Source: an uncultured Bacilli bacterium
Lineage (GTDB): Bacteria > Bacillota_I > Bacilli_A > RF39 > UBA660
NCBI GenBank assembly: GCA_944363925.1
Contig: CALVVS010000001.1
Coordinates: 450-64,449 of the forward strand
Length of the DNA: 64,000 bases
Direction of reading: 5' to 3'
Shown: one piece after another, positions 38,147-48,593 of the stretch
How positions within the stretch are numbered: the first letter of the stretch is position 1
Layout of the letters: every line of letters begins with the position of its first letter
Notes under the pieces: model-generated
Told to the model about the DNA's origin: nothing
The model's database searches: none
What the model saw: only the letters and a program-made list of their open reading frames with translations
Made by a program: the position numbers and the translations under genes

Positions 38147-40081
38147 TTAAAATTTATCATCTTTAATATTATATATTAAACTATTCCTATATAAACGTAA
38201 ATGACTTAAAATCATACATCCAAACACCAATAAAAAACTCATCAAAAAACTTAAAATAAATACCTTATAATTCATAAATACCAAATCAATTTCAAAAAAT
38301 CTATCCAAATTAACATATAAATACCTACTAATAAGTAAAATAAATGGAAAAGCGTAAAATAAACCTTTAAAACTAATTATTAAACTCTCAAGCCCTAAAC
38401 ATAAACTAATACCAGTATTTGTCAGTCCTAAACTTTTAATCGTCGCAAACTCCCTTTTTCTAATAACAATATTAGCTGATATCACATTAAAAATTCCAAA
38501 CACAAAAATAAATGCAATAATAAGTAACCCAAGTCCCATAAAAAGTCTTAAAACTAAAATAAAATTATTTATAAATTCATATCCTTTTTTAACATTTACG
38601 TAACTCAAATCATCAAAATCATTTTTTAAAGCATAATCTAAAACCTTATCATCAAGTCCCTTTTCATCAGTCCAAATAAAAGCCCTTCCCTCGTATTTAG
38701 GACATACTAAATTAAAATCATTGTCGCTCAAATTAAGTACATAACTTCCTTCTGAAAGCATATTTTCAAAACCTAAAGGCACTTTAGACGTCAAACTAAC
38801 CTCAATCTTATAATTGCCTATCTTAATATCCTTCAAATTATTAAATGGACTATAAAAATTTCTATACATCTTGTCGCCTTTCAAAGTAGTACTATCAACC
38901 CTATTAATAAGTTTATTTTCACCTAAATTAGTAATAAATAAATTACTCGTCTTTTGATAATTTCCATTATAAAACTCTTTAGGAATTAAAACAGTTTGCT
39001 CACAAGCTTTAAAAATAACCTTTTTTGAAGCCTTTAAAAAATTACTAAAATCTGAAAGCCTCTCATAATCATCCATCGAACTAATTAAAGCTATATCATA
39101 CTTTGGTAAATCAACATAATCATCAAATATTCTAAACATATAACTAGTAAAACTCATAAAACTATTTAAAAGCAAAACAAAAATAAAAATACATATTACC
39201 CCACCCCTATACTTCTTTTTGCCGCGCTCATAATTAGTAATTGCATAACTTAAAATAAAATTTTTATGTATCTTCCCTTTAACTTCTCTATCAATATCAT
39301 CATCCCTATAAATATCCATTACCATATACTTTCTCATCTTAAATAAAGAAAATAATGAAGAAAAAATAACAATTATGAGTAAAAATATAAACGGTATCCA
39401 AAGAAAAGGTAAATATAAACTAAACCTTAAATCACCATTAAAATATTCAAACAAAATATCATTAATAATCTTCAAAACAAAAGCATTAAAAAAAATACTA
39501 AAAAAAAGTCCTAAAATAATACCTATAAAACCACAAATAATCTCCTTTAAAAAAAATACCTTGCGGGTTTGACCTTTAGTCGCTCCAAGCGATGAAAGTA
39601 AAAATATATCCTTCTTTTTCTTAGTCAAAACCATTTGAAAACAATTATATATAATAAAAAAAACCGAAACCGCTAAAATAAAAACAATCCCTATAATTAA
39701 ATTTTTAAAAAGCTCTAAATAATTATCATCACCCGTGCCATATAAAGAAAGAAGTTTATTATTATAATAAATCTCATCACATAAATTTGTATGACAAAGC
39801 TTATCTGTATACTCATAAGTTTTCGTAACATCTTTAAACTTAATAAAATATGTATTATCTTCTTCCTTTAATGAAATAATATTATCATTAAAATCAATTT
39901 GACCTTTAATTTTCACATGATAATTATTCTCTTCTAAAGCCTTTCCTATCAAATAATCTCTAAAAGAAGAAAATAAAATTCCTACACTAAAAAGTAAAAT
40001 ACTAGCTAGTACTACCCCAATCACAAGAGTTAAACTCTGCCTTTTATTTTTAAACAAATACCTAAAGCTTAACCTTACCAT
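38147..40081 (-). CDS. ABC transporter permease, FtsX/MacB-like (two permease repeats)
   Basis: Polytopic membrane protein with LSSLGATKGQ motif. It overlaps the upstream ATPase gene. Confidence 0.75.
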   Translation of the reverse strand: MVRLSFRYLFKNKRQSLTLVIGVVLASILLFSVGILFSSFRDYLIGKALEENNYHVKIKGQIDFNDNIISLKEEDNTYFIKFKDVTKTYEYTDKLCHTNLCDEIYYNNKLLSLYGTGDDNYLELFKNLIIGIVFILAVSVFFIIYNCFQMVLTKKKKDIFLLSSLGATKGQTRKVFFLKEIICGFIGIILGLFFSIFFNAFVLKIINDILFEYFNGDLRFSLYLPFLWIPFIFLLIIVIFSSLFSLFKMRKYMVMDIYRDDDIDREVKGKIHKNFILSYAITNYERGKKKYRGGVICIFIFVLLLNSFMSFTSYMFRIFDDYVDLPKYDIALISSMDDYERLSDFSNFLKASKKVIFKACEQTVLIPKEFYNGNYQKTSNLFITNLGENKLINRVDSTTLKGDKMYRNFYSPFNNLKDIKIGNYKIEVSLTSKVPLGFENMLSEGSYVLNLSDNDFNLVCPKYEGRAFIWTDEKGLDDKVLDYALKNDFDDLSYVNVKKGYEFINNFILVLRLFMGLGLLIIAFIFVFGIFNVISANIVIRKREFATIKSLGLTNTGISLCLGLESLIISFKGLFYAFPFILLISRYLYVNLDRFFEIDLVFMNYKVFILSFLMSFLLVFGCMILSHLRLYRNSLIYNIKDDKF

Positions 40082-40763
40082 TTACCTCATCCTTTATAAT
40101 TTTGCCATCGCTCATCGTTATAACCCTATCCGCCCCTTTAGCTAAACTTAAATCATGAGTTACCATTACAATTGTCTGTTTAAACCTTTTATTATAAAAT
40201 CTTAATAACTTAACCACATACTTGCTATTTTTACTATCTAAATTACCCGTCGGCTCATCTGCAAATATTATTTTAGGCCTGTTTATTAAAGCCCGGCCAA
40301 TCGCCACCCTTTGTTGCTGACCACCTGATAAATCATTAGGAAACATCGTCTCTTTTCCCATAAGACCTAAACTCTTAATTAAATCTAAAAACCTTTTATC
40401 ACTTACCTTTCGCCCATCTAAAAGTGCTGGAAGTAAAATATTTTCTTTAACATTTAAAACCGGTATTAAATTATAAAATTGATAAACAAAACCAATATAC
40501 TTTCGCCTAAATATCGTAAGTTCCTTATCTGAAAAATCATAAATATCTTGATTATTTATCATAACACGGCCATCACTTGGCTTATCAAGCCCAGCCATCA
40601 AATGAAGTAATGTACTTTTACCACTGCCACTTTTGCCAATAATAACCACAAACTCCCCCTTATTGACACTAAAACTTACATCTTTTAAAGCATAAAATTC
40701 ATTATCACCAGTTTTATACTTTTTACTCAAATCCTTAACATTTAAAATTTCCAAAATTATCAC
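40062..40763 (-). CDS. ABC transporter ATP-binding protein
   Basis: Walker A GKSGSGKST, signature LSGGQQQRVAIGRAL, Walker B IIFADEPT. Confidence 0.9.
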   Translation of the reverse strand: MIILEILNVKDLSKKYKTGDNEFYALKDVSFSVNKGEFVVIIGKSGSGKSTLLHLMAGLDKPSDGRVMINNQDIYDFSDKELTIFRRKYIGFVYQFYNLIPVLNVKENILLPALLDGRKVSDKRFLDLIKSLGLMGKETMFPNDLSGGQQQRVAIGRALINRPKIIFADEPTGNLDSKNSKYVVKLLRFYNKRFKQTIVMVTHDLSLAKGADRVITMSDGKIIKDEVNGKVKL

Positions 40764-40835
40764 CTCTACATATAAACATACGACGTAAAAAGCAAATTTC
40801 CTTCAAAAACACAAAAAAATCGGCAAAAAACCGAT

Positions 40836-42665
40836 TTATAACTTCTTCTTCATAATTCGAAGCGCATTTAAAACCGCCAAAAGCGTCACACCAACATCCG
40901 CAAACACCGCCATCCAAATACTAGCCACTCCAAACACCGCCAAAATAAGCATCAAAAATTTAAAACTCAAAGCAAATACAATATTAAAAATCACAATTCT
41001 TTGTGTCATTTTCGCAATCTTAATTGCTGTGATAATTTTATCTAAATCATCACGCATTAAAACAATATCTGAAGCCTCAATTGCCGCATCACTGCCAACG
41101 CCGCCCATCGAAATACCTAAATCAGCTAGTTTTATAACTGGTGCATCATTAATTCCATCACCCACAAAAGCCGTCAACTTATCTTTCTTAATTTTCTCTA
41201 ATATAGCCACCTTATCAGCCGGCAATAGCGAAGCATAATATTCCTTAATTCCTGTTTTAGAGGCAACTTTAGAAACCACATCTTTATTATCACCAGAAAG
41301 CATTACTATTTGATTTATACTTTCATATTTAAGCCTATCTACCAAATTTAAAGCCGAAGTTTTAATCTTATCGCCGGTAACTATATAACCAATATACTTT
41401 CCATCATAAGCAATATAAATGGTTGTTCCCAAAGTATCAACACTAGGTACACTTATTTTCTCCTGATCAAACAACTTCTCATTACCTATAATTAATTTTT
41501 TATCAAGTACCGTAGCTGTAATGCCATAACCACTAATTTCCTTGAAATTTTTGATACTTTCCTCGTCAATACTTTTATCATAAGCTTGCGTAATCGTCCT
41601 CGCAATAGGATGATTAGAATAATACTCTCCATAAGCTGCTAACTTTAATAGCTCATCTTGAGAAACTTCATTACTAACTATCTCTCGAACCTCAAACTTA
41701 CCTTCCGTAATCGTTCCTGTTTTATCAAATAAAATTGCCTCTAACTTGCTTAATTTTTCTAACCCATCACTACCTTTAACTAAAATTCCTTCCTTACTAG
41801 ACCTACCAATTCCACAAAAGAACCCTAAAGGTACTGATATAACAAGTGCGCAAGGACATGCTGTAACTAAAAATACTAAAGCCTTATAAAGCCAGTCGTT
41901 AAAATTACCCCCAAACATCACCGGTATTATTACTATCAAAATAGCTAATACCACCACTACCGGTGTATATATCTTTGAAAATCTCGTAATAAATTTCTCG
42001 GTATTAGTTTTCTTTTCCATAGAATTTTCCAGCATATTAATAATCTTACTAGCCGTCGAACTTGCAAAAACACTTGTCGCTTTTACCGTAATAACTCCAC
42101 TTTCATTAACATAACCACTAAGTACCTTATCAAAAACTCCAGCTTCCCTTAAAACGCTCTCACCTGTCAGACTAGAAGTATCTAAAAAAGTACTCCCTTC
42201 TTGAATAATTCCATCAAGAGGCACTTTCTCACCCGGCTTAACTACAAAAATATCACCAACTTTAACTTCTCTTACATCCACCTTTTGAATTCCATTATTT
42301 TCTTTCAAATTAACATAATCACTTCTCAAATCCATAAGTTTAGTTATCGATTTCTTAGAATTAGATGTTGCCAAATCAGATAAATATTCCCCAAATTCAA
42401 AAAGTAACATAACCATAACCGCCTCTGGGTATTCACCAATTATAAAAGCGCTAATGGTAGCTATAATCATTAAAGTACTCTCGTCAAAAACTTCACCATG
42501 AAATAACTTCTTAATCCCTTCTTTAAAAACGTCAAAACTAACAACTAAATAGCTAATTACTAAAAAAGCTACATAAATACTATAATCTTTAAAAAATAAA
42601 GCCAAAACAAACAAAATAGTACTAATTATAATTTTAAATAACGTTTCATTTATCTTAATTTTCAT
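40836..42665 (-). CDS. cadA: Heavy-metal (Cd/Zn-type) P1B-type ATPase
   Basis: CPC metal-binding TM motif (ACPCALVIS), DKTGTITEG phosphorylation site, GDGINDAP. Confidence 0.9.
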   Translation of the reverse strand: MKIKINETLFKIIISTILFVLALFFKDYSIYVAFLVISYLVVSFDVFKEGIKKLFHGEVFDESTLMIIATISAFIIGEYPEAVMVMLLFEFGEYLSDLATSNSKKSITKLMDLRSDYVNLKENNGIQKVDVREVKVGDIFVVKPGEKVPLDGIIQEGSTFLDTSSLTGESVLREAGVFDKVLSGYVNESGVITVKATSVFASSTASKIINMLENSMEKKTNTEKFITRFSKIYTPVVVVLAILIVIIPVMFGGNFNDWLYKALVFLVTACPCALVISVPLGFFCGIGRSSKEGILVKGSDGLEKLSKLEAILFDKTGTITEGKFEVREIVSNEVSQDELLKLAAYGEYYSNHPIARTITQAYDKSIDEESIKNFKEISGYGITATVLDKKLIIGNEKLFDQEKISVPSVDTLGTTIYIAYDGKYIGYIVTGDKIKTSALNLVDRLKYESINQIVMLSGDNKDVVSKVASKTGIKEYYASLLPADKVAILEKIKKDKLTAFVGDGINDAPVIKLADLGISMGGVGSDAAIEASDIVLMRDDLDKIITAIKIAKMTQRIVIFNIVFALSFKFLMLILAVFGVASIWMAVFADVGVTLLAVLNALRIMKKKL

Positions 42666-42966
42666 AATTAACCTTCTCCTTCAAATGTTCGGTGCCATAC
42701 TTTAAAATAATATAGATATGCTCATCACTAATACTATAATTTACCGTTTGTCCAATTTTATTTGCTTTAACCAAATTAGAACTTCTAAGCGTTTTTAATT
42801 GATGTGACACCGCTGATTGACTAACATTAAGCCTTCTCGAAATCTCATTGACAGACTTTTCTCCAGACACAAGTAAATTAAGTATCCTAAGCCTTGTTTC
42901 ATCCGCAAAAATCTTAAAAAATTCAGCTAATCCCCCTAAAAATTCCTTACTATACACTTTCATCAC
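42655..42966 (-). CDS. cadC: ArsR/SmtB-family metalloregulator (CadC-like)
   Basis: ETRLRILNLL..EKSVNEISRRLNVSQSAVSHQLKTL wHTH, overlapping the cadA start. Confidence 0.85.
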   Translation of the reverse strand: MMKVYSKEFLGGLAEFFKIFADETRLRILNLLVSGEKSVNEISRRLNVSQSAVSHQLKTLRSSNLVKANKIGQTVNYSISDEHIYIILKYGTEHLKEKVNYEN

Positions 42967-43032
42967 CTCTGTTATATGAATGTTTGTTCATATAAACATA
43001 TTACTACAAAGAAAAAAAGATGTCAATAACAT

Positions 43033-43803
43033 CTAACACATTCCAGCTCCATCCACTGATAAAATTGCCCCAGTAATAAAACTAGCCAAATCACTAGCTA
43101 AAAATAGAAAAGCATTCGCAACATCCTCTGGTTCACCCATCCTACCAATTGGAATAGAAGCAATAATTGGCTTAATCATCTCTTCTGGTAAACTATCAAC
43201 CATATCTGTATGAATAACGCCAGGTGCCACCGCATTTACCCTAATATGATCACGTCCAAGTTCACGAGCTAAAGATTTAGTAAGTCCATTAACCGCAAAC
43301 TTACTAGCTGGATAACCACATCCTGCCGCTTGTCCATAAATACTAACCATTGAACTAGTATTTAAAATAACTCCGCCACCATTTTCTTTCATATATTTAG
43401 CCCCAACCTTTGAGCAATTAAAAACAGCTTTCAAATTCAAATCTATAATCTTATCAAATTCTTCCTCTTCATAATTATAAAGACTATCACTAGCCGAAAT
43501 ACCAGCATTATTAACAACAATATCAATCTTTCCAAATCTACTTTTAATATCCGCAAAGGCCCTCTCAACAGCCCGCATATCCGTAATATCAGGATGCATC
43601 CCCATTACTTGGTAATTAGGATTTTCCTGTTTCAATTTAGTTAAAGCTTTTTGTACGCTCTCTTCCTTACTTCCAAATAAAACAACTGTTGCTCCATTAT
43701 TTAAAAAAGTTCTGACAACCGCAAAACCAATACCTCTTGTACCTCCAGTAACAATAGCCACTTTTCCCGGTAACATATTATCCCTACCTTTCTTACTTAT
43801 CAT
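43033..43803 (-). CDS. Short-chain dehydrogenase/reductase (FabG-like)
   Basis: TGGTRGIG Rossmann motif, NNAG, and a YxxxK catalytic pair (YPASK). Confidence 0.85.
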   Translation of the reverse strand: MISKKGRDNMLPGKVAIVTGGTRGIGFAVVRTFLNNGATVVLFGSKEESVQKALTKLKQENPNYQVMGMHPDITDMRAVERAFADIKSRFGKIDIVVNNAGISASDSLYNYEEEEFDKIIDLNLKAVFNCSKVGAKYMKENGGGVILNTSSMVSIYGQAAGCGYPASKFAVNGLTKSLARELGRDHIRVNAVAPGVIHTDMVDSLPEEMIKPIIASIPIGRMGEPEDVANAFLFLASDLASFITGAILSVDGAGMC

Positions 43804-43905
43804 ATCACATTTTTCTTATTAAATCTTAAAACACTAAACAAATTACATCTTCTTAACATTATTTAATTACATAATCAAAATATTTTAATTCATATCAAAC
43901 ACCAT

Positions 43906-44856
43906 CTAAAGCATATTCTTTTTCTTAAGCCAGCACGCCAAAATAAATGAAACAATAAATGAAATAACACATATTAAAATAAATGATAACCCGCTTTCAC
44001 CAATAGATCCTAAAGGAACGTTCATCCCTAAAAAAGAAGCTATCATTGTCGGAACCGAAAATACAATCGTAATTCCCGTTAAAAATTTCATAATAACATT
44101 CAAATTATTAGAAATAATCGTTCCGTAAGCATCAATTGTCGATGATAAAATCTCCCTAAAAATCAAACTACTTTCAATACATTGTTTATTTTCAATAACT
44201 GCATCTTCTAAAAGTATTTTCTCATCCTTACTCATTGGAATAACATTTTCCTTTTGAAGTTTTTCTAAAACAGTACTATTTGCTCTAAGAGACGTAATAA
44301 AATAAACAAGTGATTTTTGAATATTCAAAAAATTAAGCATTTGTTTATTATTGGTTGAATGATAAGAACTCTTTTCTACTCTTTTTATATCCATATCTAA
44401 AACATCTAAAGTATATAAATAGGCACTAGAAGAATTAAAAAATATTTGCATCAAAAATCTCGATCTTTTAGAAACGTCAAAATTTTCGACCTTATTTTGT
44501 TTAAACTTGTTCAAAAAAATATGTTCAACCAAAGATACCGTCAAAATATAATCACTATCACAAAGAATAATGCCAAGTGGATAAGTAACATATTTATTTC
44601 TAATACTTTTATCCTTCATATAAGGAACATCAATAACAATCAAAACCCCACCCTCAAACTTCTTAACTCTAGGTAACTCCTTCTCAACCAACACCTGTAA
44701 AATGATTGAAGTGTTAATCTTACACGCCTCAGAAACTTTTTGAATTTCTTCCTTAGTCGGATTTACTAAATCTATCCAAGAATCCTTTTCAAAAGAGTTA
44801 TCCTCATTTAAAGTACTATCTAAACTACTTTTAAAAATTTTAAGCATAATAAACAC
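43906..44856 (-). CDS. corA: CorA-family divalent cation transporter
   Basis: Cytoplasmic N-domain, two C-terminal TM helices, and the GMN signature (FLGMNVPLG). Confidence 0.8.
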   Translation of the reverse strand: MFIMLKIFKSSLDSTLNEDNSFEKDSWIDLVNPTKEEIQKVSEACKINTSIILQVLVEKELPRVKKFEGGVLIVIDVPYMKDKSIRNKYVTYPLGIILCDSDYILTVSLVEHIFLNKFKQNKVENFDVSKRSRFLMQIFFNSSSAYLYTLDVLDMDIKRVEKSSYHSTNNKQMLNFLNIQKSLVYFITSLRANSTVLEKLQKENVIPMSKDEKILLEDAVIENKQCIESSLIFREILSSTIDAYGTIISNNLNVIMKFLTGITIVFSVPTMIASFLGMNVPLGSIGESGLSFILICVISFIVSFILACWLKKKNML

Positions 44857-44988
44857 CTTCCAACCTCTATCATAATAAATATATCACGTAAAAAGCCAAG
44901 TTGTAAAGAAATTATTACAAATTATAATTCAAAAAAACTATATCAAACAAATTATTTTTTTGATAAAATATAGATGGATGTGAGATAG

Positions 44989-45621
44989 ATGATTAAATAC
45001 ATTAAAAATTATATAAATAAAGACCAAACATTTGATAAAAAAAGAAAATTAGCTATCATTTGTCTAATAATAGTCATATCAGGTATCTTTGGGTGGTTAT
45101 ATGAATTCATTTTTTATTTTTTTAATAGTGGCATGAAACAATTTTACTTTAGAGGTGGTAACTTCTTACCATGGATAAACATATATGCCATAGGAGCTGT
45201 TGCTATCTTTTTATTAACATATAAAAAGCGAAAACATCCATTATGCATCTTCTTAATAAGCATACTTGCTAGTGGCATATTAGAATATATTGGTGGCTGG
45301 TATATGGAAAATATTAATGGTGTCAAATGCTGGGACTATAATAAAGAAATACTAAATTTTGGCAACATCAACGGCTATGTTTGTCTAAGAAGCGTTTTAA
45401 TATTTGGTATTATGAGTTTACTTTTAATGTACCTAATAGTTCCCTTATGTTTTTATCTTGCAAACAAAATAAATAGAAAAACCTTCTTAATAATTAGTTA
45501 CACCCTATGTGCCATAATCTTAGCCGATGAACTATATAACCTAATATTTGCTAATCTCTTCTCTCTTCCAAGAGCATCATCCATATATAAAATGTTAGGT
45601 CTCAAATACCTTTATTTTTAA
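44989..45621 (+). CDS. Hypothetical polytopic membrane protein
   Basis: 210 aa with roughly 6 TM helices. RBS GGATGTGAG. Confidence 0.55.
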   Translation: MIKYIKNYINKDQTFDKKRKLAIICLIIVISGIFGWLYEFIFYFFNSGMKQFYFRGGNFLPWINIYAIGAVAIFLLTYKKRKHPLCIFLISILASGILEYIGGWYMENINGVKCWDYNKEILNFGNINGYVCLRSVLIFGIMSLLLMYLIVPLCFYLANKINRKTFLIISYTLCAIILADELYNLIFANLFSLPRASSIYKMLGLKYLYF

Positions 45622-45700
45622 AAAATGCACCATAATTCAAAAATATTGTGCATTTTTATCTTGACTTATACTAAAAATGCACAATCATAGTGCATTTTTA
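45620..45700. repeat. Operator-like unit L: palindrome AAAAATGCAC-N17-GTGCATTTTTA, TTGACT, then palindrome AAAAATGCAC-N7-GTGCATTTTTA. It overlaps the fic 3' end.
   Basis: Directly visible. It is a direct repeat of the unit at 46815..46895, about 80% identical. Confidence 0.85.
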
Positions 45701-46764
45701 CCGACAAATACATTATATATTTCCTCATATCTATAACCCAATTTAGTATGAGAAGAATCTTGAACCAATATTCCAAGATCTACCAATCTATCTACAATCC
45801 TCGAAACCGTATTTCTAGAAACACCAGACTCCTGAACTATTTCTTTTTTCGTAAATACAATTTGATGCATCATTGCCGGCATAACCCTATAAATAGACGT
45901 GCTTCTAAAAGACTTAACCTTTTCCATATCCCTATTAAATATTTGCTTTATCATCTTTATCTTAGCTATATAATTACCACACTGTTCAATAATACATTGT
46001 AAAAAAAACTTAATAAACCCCAGCATATTTCCTTTCCTACTCTCGTTTAAAAATTTATGATAACTTGGTTTATATAATTCTATAACTTCTGATAAGAACA
46101 AAATAGGTTCATCATCAGTTAAATTAGCTAATTGAATTGGAATAAGTGCTCTTCCTAATCTTCCATTTCCATCTCTATAAGCATGAATCGTCTCAAATTG
46201 CGAATGTGAAATAGCCATATTTATAAATATTGGATCTATAAAAGCATCATTCATATATTTAAAAAGATTATCTAAAAGAATAGGAACATCTTCTGGAATA
46301 GGTGGAACAAAAATAGCCTCACCAATACTACATCCCTTCGGACCTATCCAATTTTGAATATTTCTAACATGTCCAGGTTCCTTTTCATTTCCTCTCACAC
46401 TGTCCAAAAGTATTTTATGAATATTATTAACAAAAACTAAATTAATTTCATTATTTTTTTTCAAATATTCTTTAGAATAATCAATAACTTTTTTTAAATT
46501 TTGAATTTCCAAATTATCATCACTTTTAGGCATATATTTTAAATAATACATTTCATCTTGTGAAATTTGAGTACCTTCAATCTGTGTAGACTTCAAACTT
46601 TCACTAAGTATAATTGAATCTAAGAAAAACTTTGAATCAAATTCAACGTTTCTCAAGTATGTTTTATACTCTGCATATTTTGAATTTGCCTCTGCAAGTA
46701 ACCTAAGCAATTCCTTATCCATAACATAATCCACAGGTAATTTTTCAACTTTCATCGGTTCCAT
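45685..46764 (-). CDS. fic: Class II Fic (AMPylase-type) protein with a C-terminal winged-HTH domain
   Basis: Fic motif HAYRDGNGRLGR, N-terminal inhibitory helix STQIEGT ((S/T)xxxE(G/N)), C-terminal ..SGVSRNTVSRIVDRLVDLGILV.. Confidence 0.88.
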   Translation of the reverse strand: MEPMKVEKLPVDYVMDKELLRLLAEANSKYAEYKTYLRNVEFDSKFFLDSIILSESLKSTQIEGTQISQDEMYYLKYMPKSDDNLEIQNLKKVIDYSKEYLKKNNEINLVFVNNIHKILLDSVRGNEKEPGHVRNIQNWIGPKGCSIGEAIFVPPIPEDVPILLDNLFKYMNDAFIDPIFINMAISHSQFETIHAYRDGNGRLGRALIPIQLANLTDDEPILFLSEVIELYKPSYHKFLNESRKGNMLGFIKFFLQCIIEQCGNYIAKIKMIKQIFNRDMEKVKSFRSTSIYRVMPAMMHQIVFTKKEIVQESGVSRNTVSRIVDRLVDLGILVQDSSHTKLGYRYEEIYNVFVGKNAL

Positions 46765-46814
46765 AAAATTATCACCTCAATTAAAATATATCATAATCGT
46801 ATTAAAAAGTAAAT

Positions 46815-46895
46815 AAAATGCACAATATTTCAAAAATATAGTGCATTTTTACTGTTTTGTTGACAAAAAATGCACTATGATAGTGCATTTTTACA
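46815..46895. repeat. Operator-like unit R upstream of fic: AAAATGCAC-N17-GTGCATTTTTA, TTGACA, then AAAAAATGCAC-N7-GTGCATTTTTA
   Basis: Directly visible. A minus-strand fic promoter (TTTACT-17-TATATT, RBS GAGGTGA) lies just downstream. Confidence 0.85.
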
Positions 46896-46940
46896 GGTAA
46901 ATCTTTATTCTAAAATTAATATTAAGAAAATTTTAATAAA

Positions 46941-46968
46941 AAAATTTCCTTAAAATATAAGGAAATTA
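46941..46968 (-). terminator. Rho-independent terminator of the tRNA-Thr gene
   Basis: aatttcctta-tatttt-aaggaaatt hairpin plus T-run on the minus strand. Confidence 0.7.
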
Positions 46969-46977
46969 ATTACAAAA

Positions 46978-47051
46978 TGGTGCCGCAACGGAGAATCGAA
47001 CGCCGATTAAAGCCTTACCATGGCCTCGTAATACCTTTATACTATTGCGGC
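46978..47051 (-). tRNA. tRNA-Thr (anticodon GGU), CCA encoded
   Basis: Minus strand GCCGCAA..AGGCC-AUGGUAA-GGCUU..UUCGAUU..UUGCGGCACCA. 7-bp acceptor stem, T-loop TTCGATT, anticodon loop with GGT. Consensus promoter TTGCAA-17-TATAAT at 47054-47100. Confidence 0.7.
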
Positions 47052-47112
47052 ATAATCAAATTATATAATATTTTACTGCCTATTGCAATAAAAATACCAT
47101 ATAATTTAAAAT

Positions 47113-48483
47113 TTATTTCAACTTGTCAATAAGCCCAGTAAATTCATCTTGAATTTCTTTTAACCTATCTTCAGTCGAAGCCTCAAACCTAACCGTCAAA
47201 TCTGGTCCTGTATTGCTTGCCCTAACCAAAGCCCATCCATCAGCAAACATAACCCTAATTCCATCAACTAAAGAAAAATCGTAATTTTTACTTTTGGCAT
47301 ATTTAACCACATTAGATACAATATCAAACTTATTATCATCAGTCACTTTAATTTTAATTTCCTCAGTCGAATAATAATGTTTCAAACCCACAAACAACTC
47401 ACTTACCTTCTTATCAGTGTGTGAAACAAGCTCAATAATCCTAAGAATACCATATATTCCATCATCAAAACCTAAATACCTGTCTTTAAAAAACAAATGT
47501 CCAGAATACTCTCCTCCAAAAATCAAACCATTTTCATTAACATATCTTCGGCAATATACACTGCCTGTTCTATTCATACAAGGCTCTAATCCAAGCCTTT
47601 TAATCTCATCAATCAAAGAAAGTGAACACTTAACATCAAACACACCTTTACGAACCTTCATCAAAGGCGCTAAATCACGATAAAATAAAGCCATAATTAA
47701 ATCAGCTGGAACAAACTTTCCATCGTCTAAAACAAGTCCACATCTATCAGCATCCCCATCTACAGCCACACCTAAATCATAGCCAAGTTCTTTAACCTTT
47801 TGACCTAAATCAAATAAATTATCCTTAACCGCCGGATCCGGAACATGATTTGGAAAATTAGAATCACTTTCACAATACAAAAGCTCATAATCAATATTAA
47901 AATGTTTTAAAATATCTTTAATAAATAAACTTCCTGTCCCGTTTCCACAGTCCACCACTACCTTAACTCTTCTTTCACCAAAATTTAAAGACTTCTGCAA
48001 ATTTTCAAGATATGCTTTAAATACATCCACCTCTATAAGCTTTCCAGCTCCAGAACTAAAATTATACTCATCCAAAAATTTTTTAAAACTCCTCAAATCA
48101 TCGCCAAATAAAGAATCATCTTTCAAAGTAGACATTTTAAAACCATTATACTCCTTCGGATTATGACTAGCCGTTACCATAATTGCTGACTGAACATCAT
48201 AATATATCTTCGCAAAATTATGCATCGGTGTCGTAACCATCCCTAAACTAACTACATCCACTCCACTATCTAAAAGACCCTTAACTAAAGCCGGATAAAT
48301 AACCTCATGACTTTTTCGGTTATCATGCCCCGTAATAACCTTATCTTGCCCAAGATTTCTTATGTAACTGCCAAAAGCCTTACCAATCGTATAAGAAACA
48401 TCCTCATCTATATCACTTTCATAAATTCCTCTAATATCATACTCTCTAAAAATATCTTCATTAATGCTGTGAGTTATCTTCAT
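47113..48483 (-). CDS. Phosphohexomutase (phosphoglucomutase/phosphomannomutase family)
   Basis: Active-site TASHNPKEYNGFK and metal-binding DGDADR. Confidence 0.88.
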   Translation of the reverse strand: MKITHSINEDIFREYDIRGIYESDIDEDVSYTIGKAFGSYIRNLGQDKVITGHDNRKSHEVIYPALVKGLLDSGVDVVSLGMVTTPMHNFAKIYYDVQSAIMVTASHNPKEYNGFKMSTLKDDSLFGDDLRSFKKFLDEYNFSSGAGKLIEVDVFKAYLENLQKSLNFGERRVKVVVDCGNGTGSLFIKDILKHFNIDYELLYCESDSNFPNHVPDPAVKDNLFDLGQKVKELGYDLGVAVDGDADRCGLVLDDGKFVPADLIMALFYRDLAPLMKVRKGVFDVKCSLSLIDEIKRLGLEPCMNRTGSVYCRRYVNENGLIFGGEYSGHLFFKDRYLGFDDGIYGILRIIELVSHTDKKVSELFVGLKHYYSTEEIKIKVTDDNKFDIVSNVVKYAKSKNYDFSLVDGIRVMFADGWALVRASNTGPDLTVRFEASTEDRLKEIQDEFTGLIDKLK

Positions 48484-48593
48484 TTTCCTAACCTCCTAAT
48501 ATAATTATATATTACTTTTTTTAAAATCACAAATATATCTTTACACATCATAATTTAAAACCATATTAAGTATAATATGATGAGGTGATAAAA

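Noticed and set aside
46765-47112. Possible integrase or mobile element beside tRNA-Thr
   Set aside because: No integrase, recombinase or transposase ORF is found within several kb. Only the repeat units flanking fic are present, so the region is reported as repeats rather than as a mobile element.
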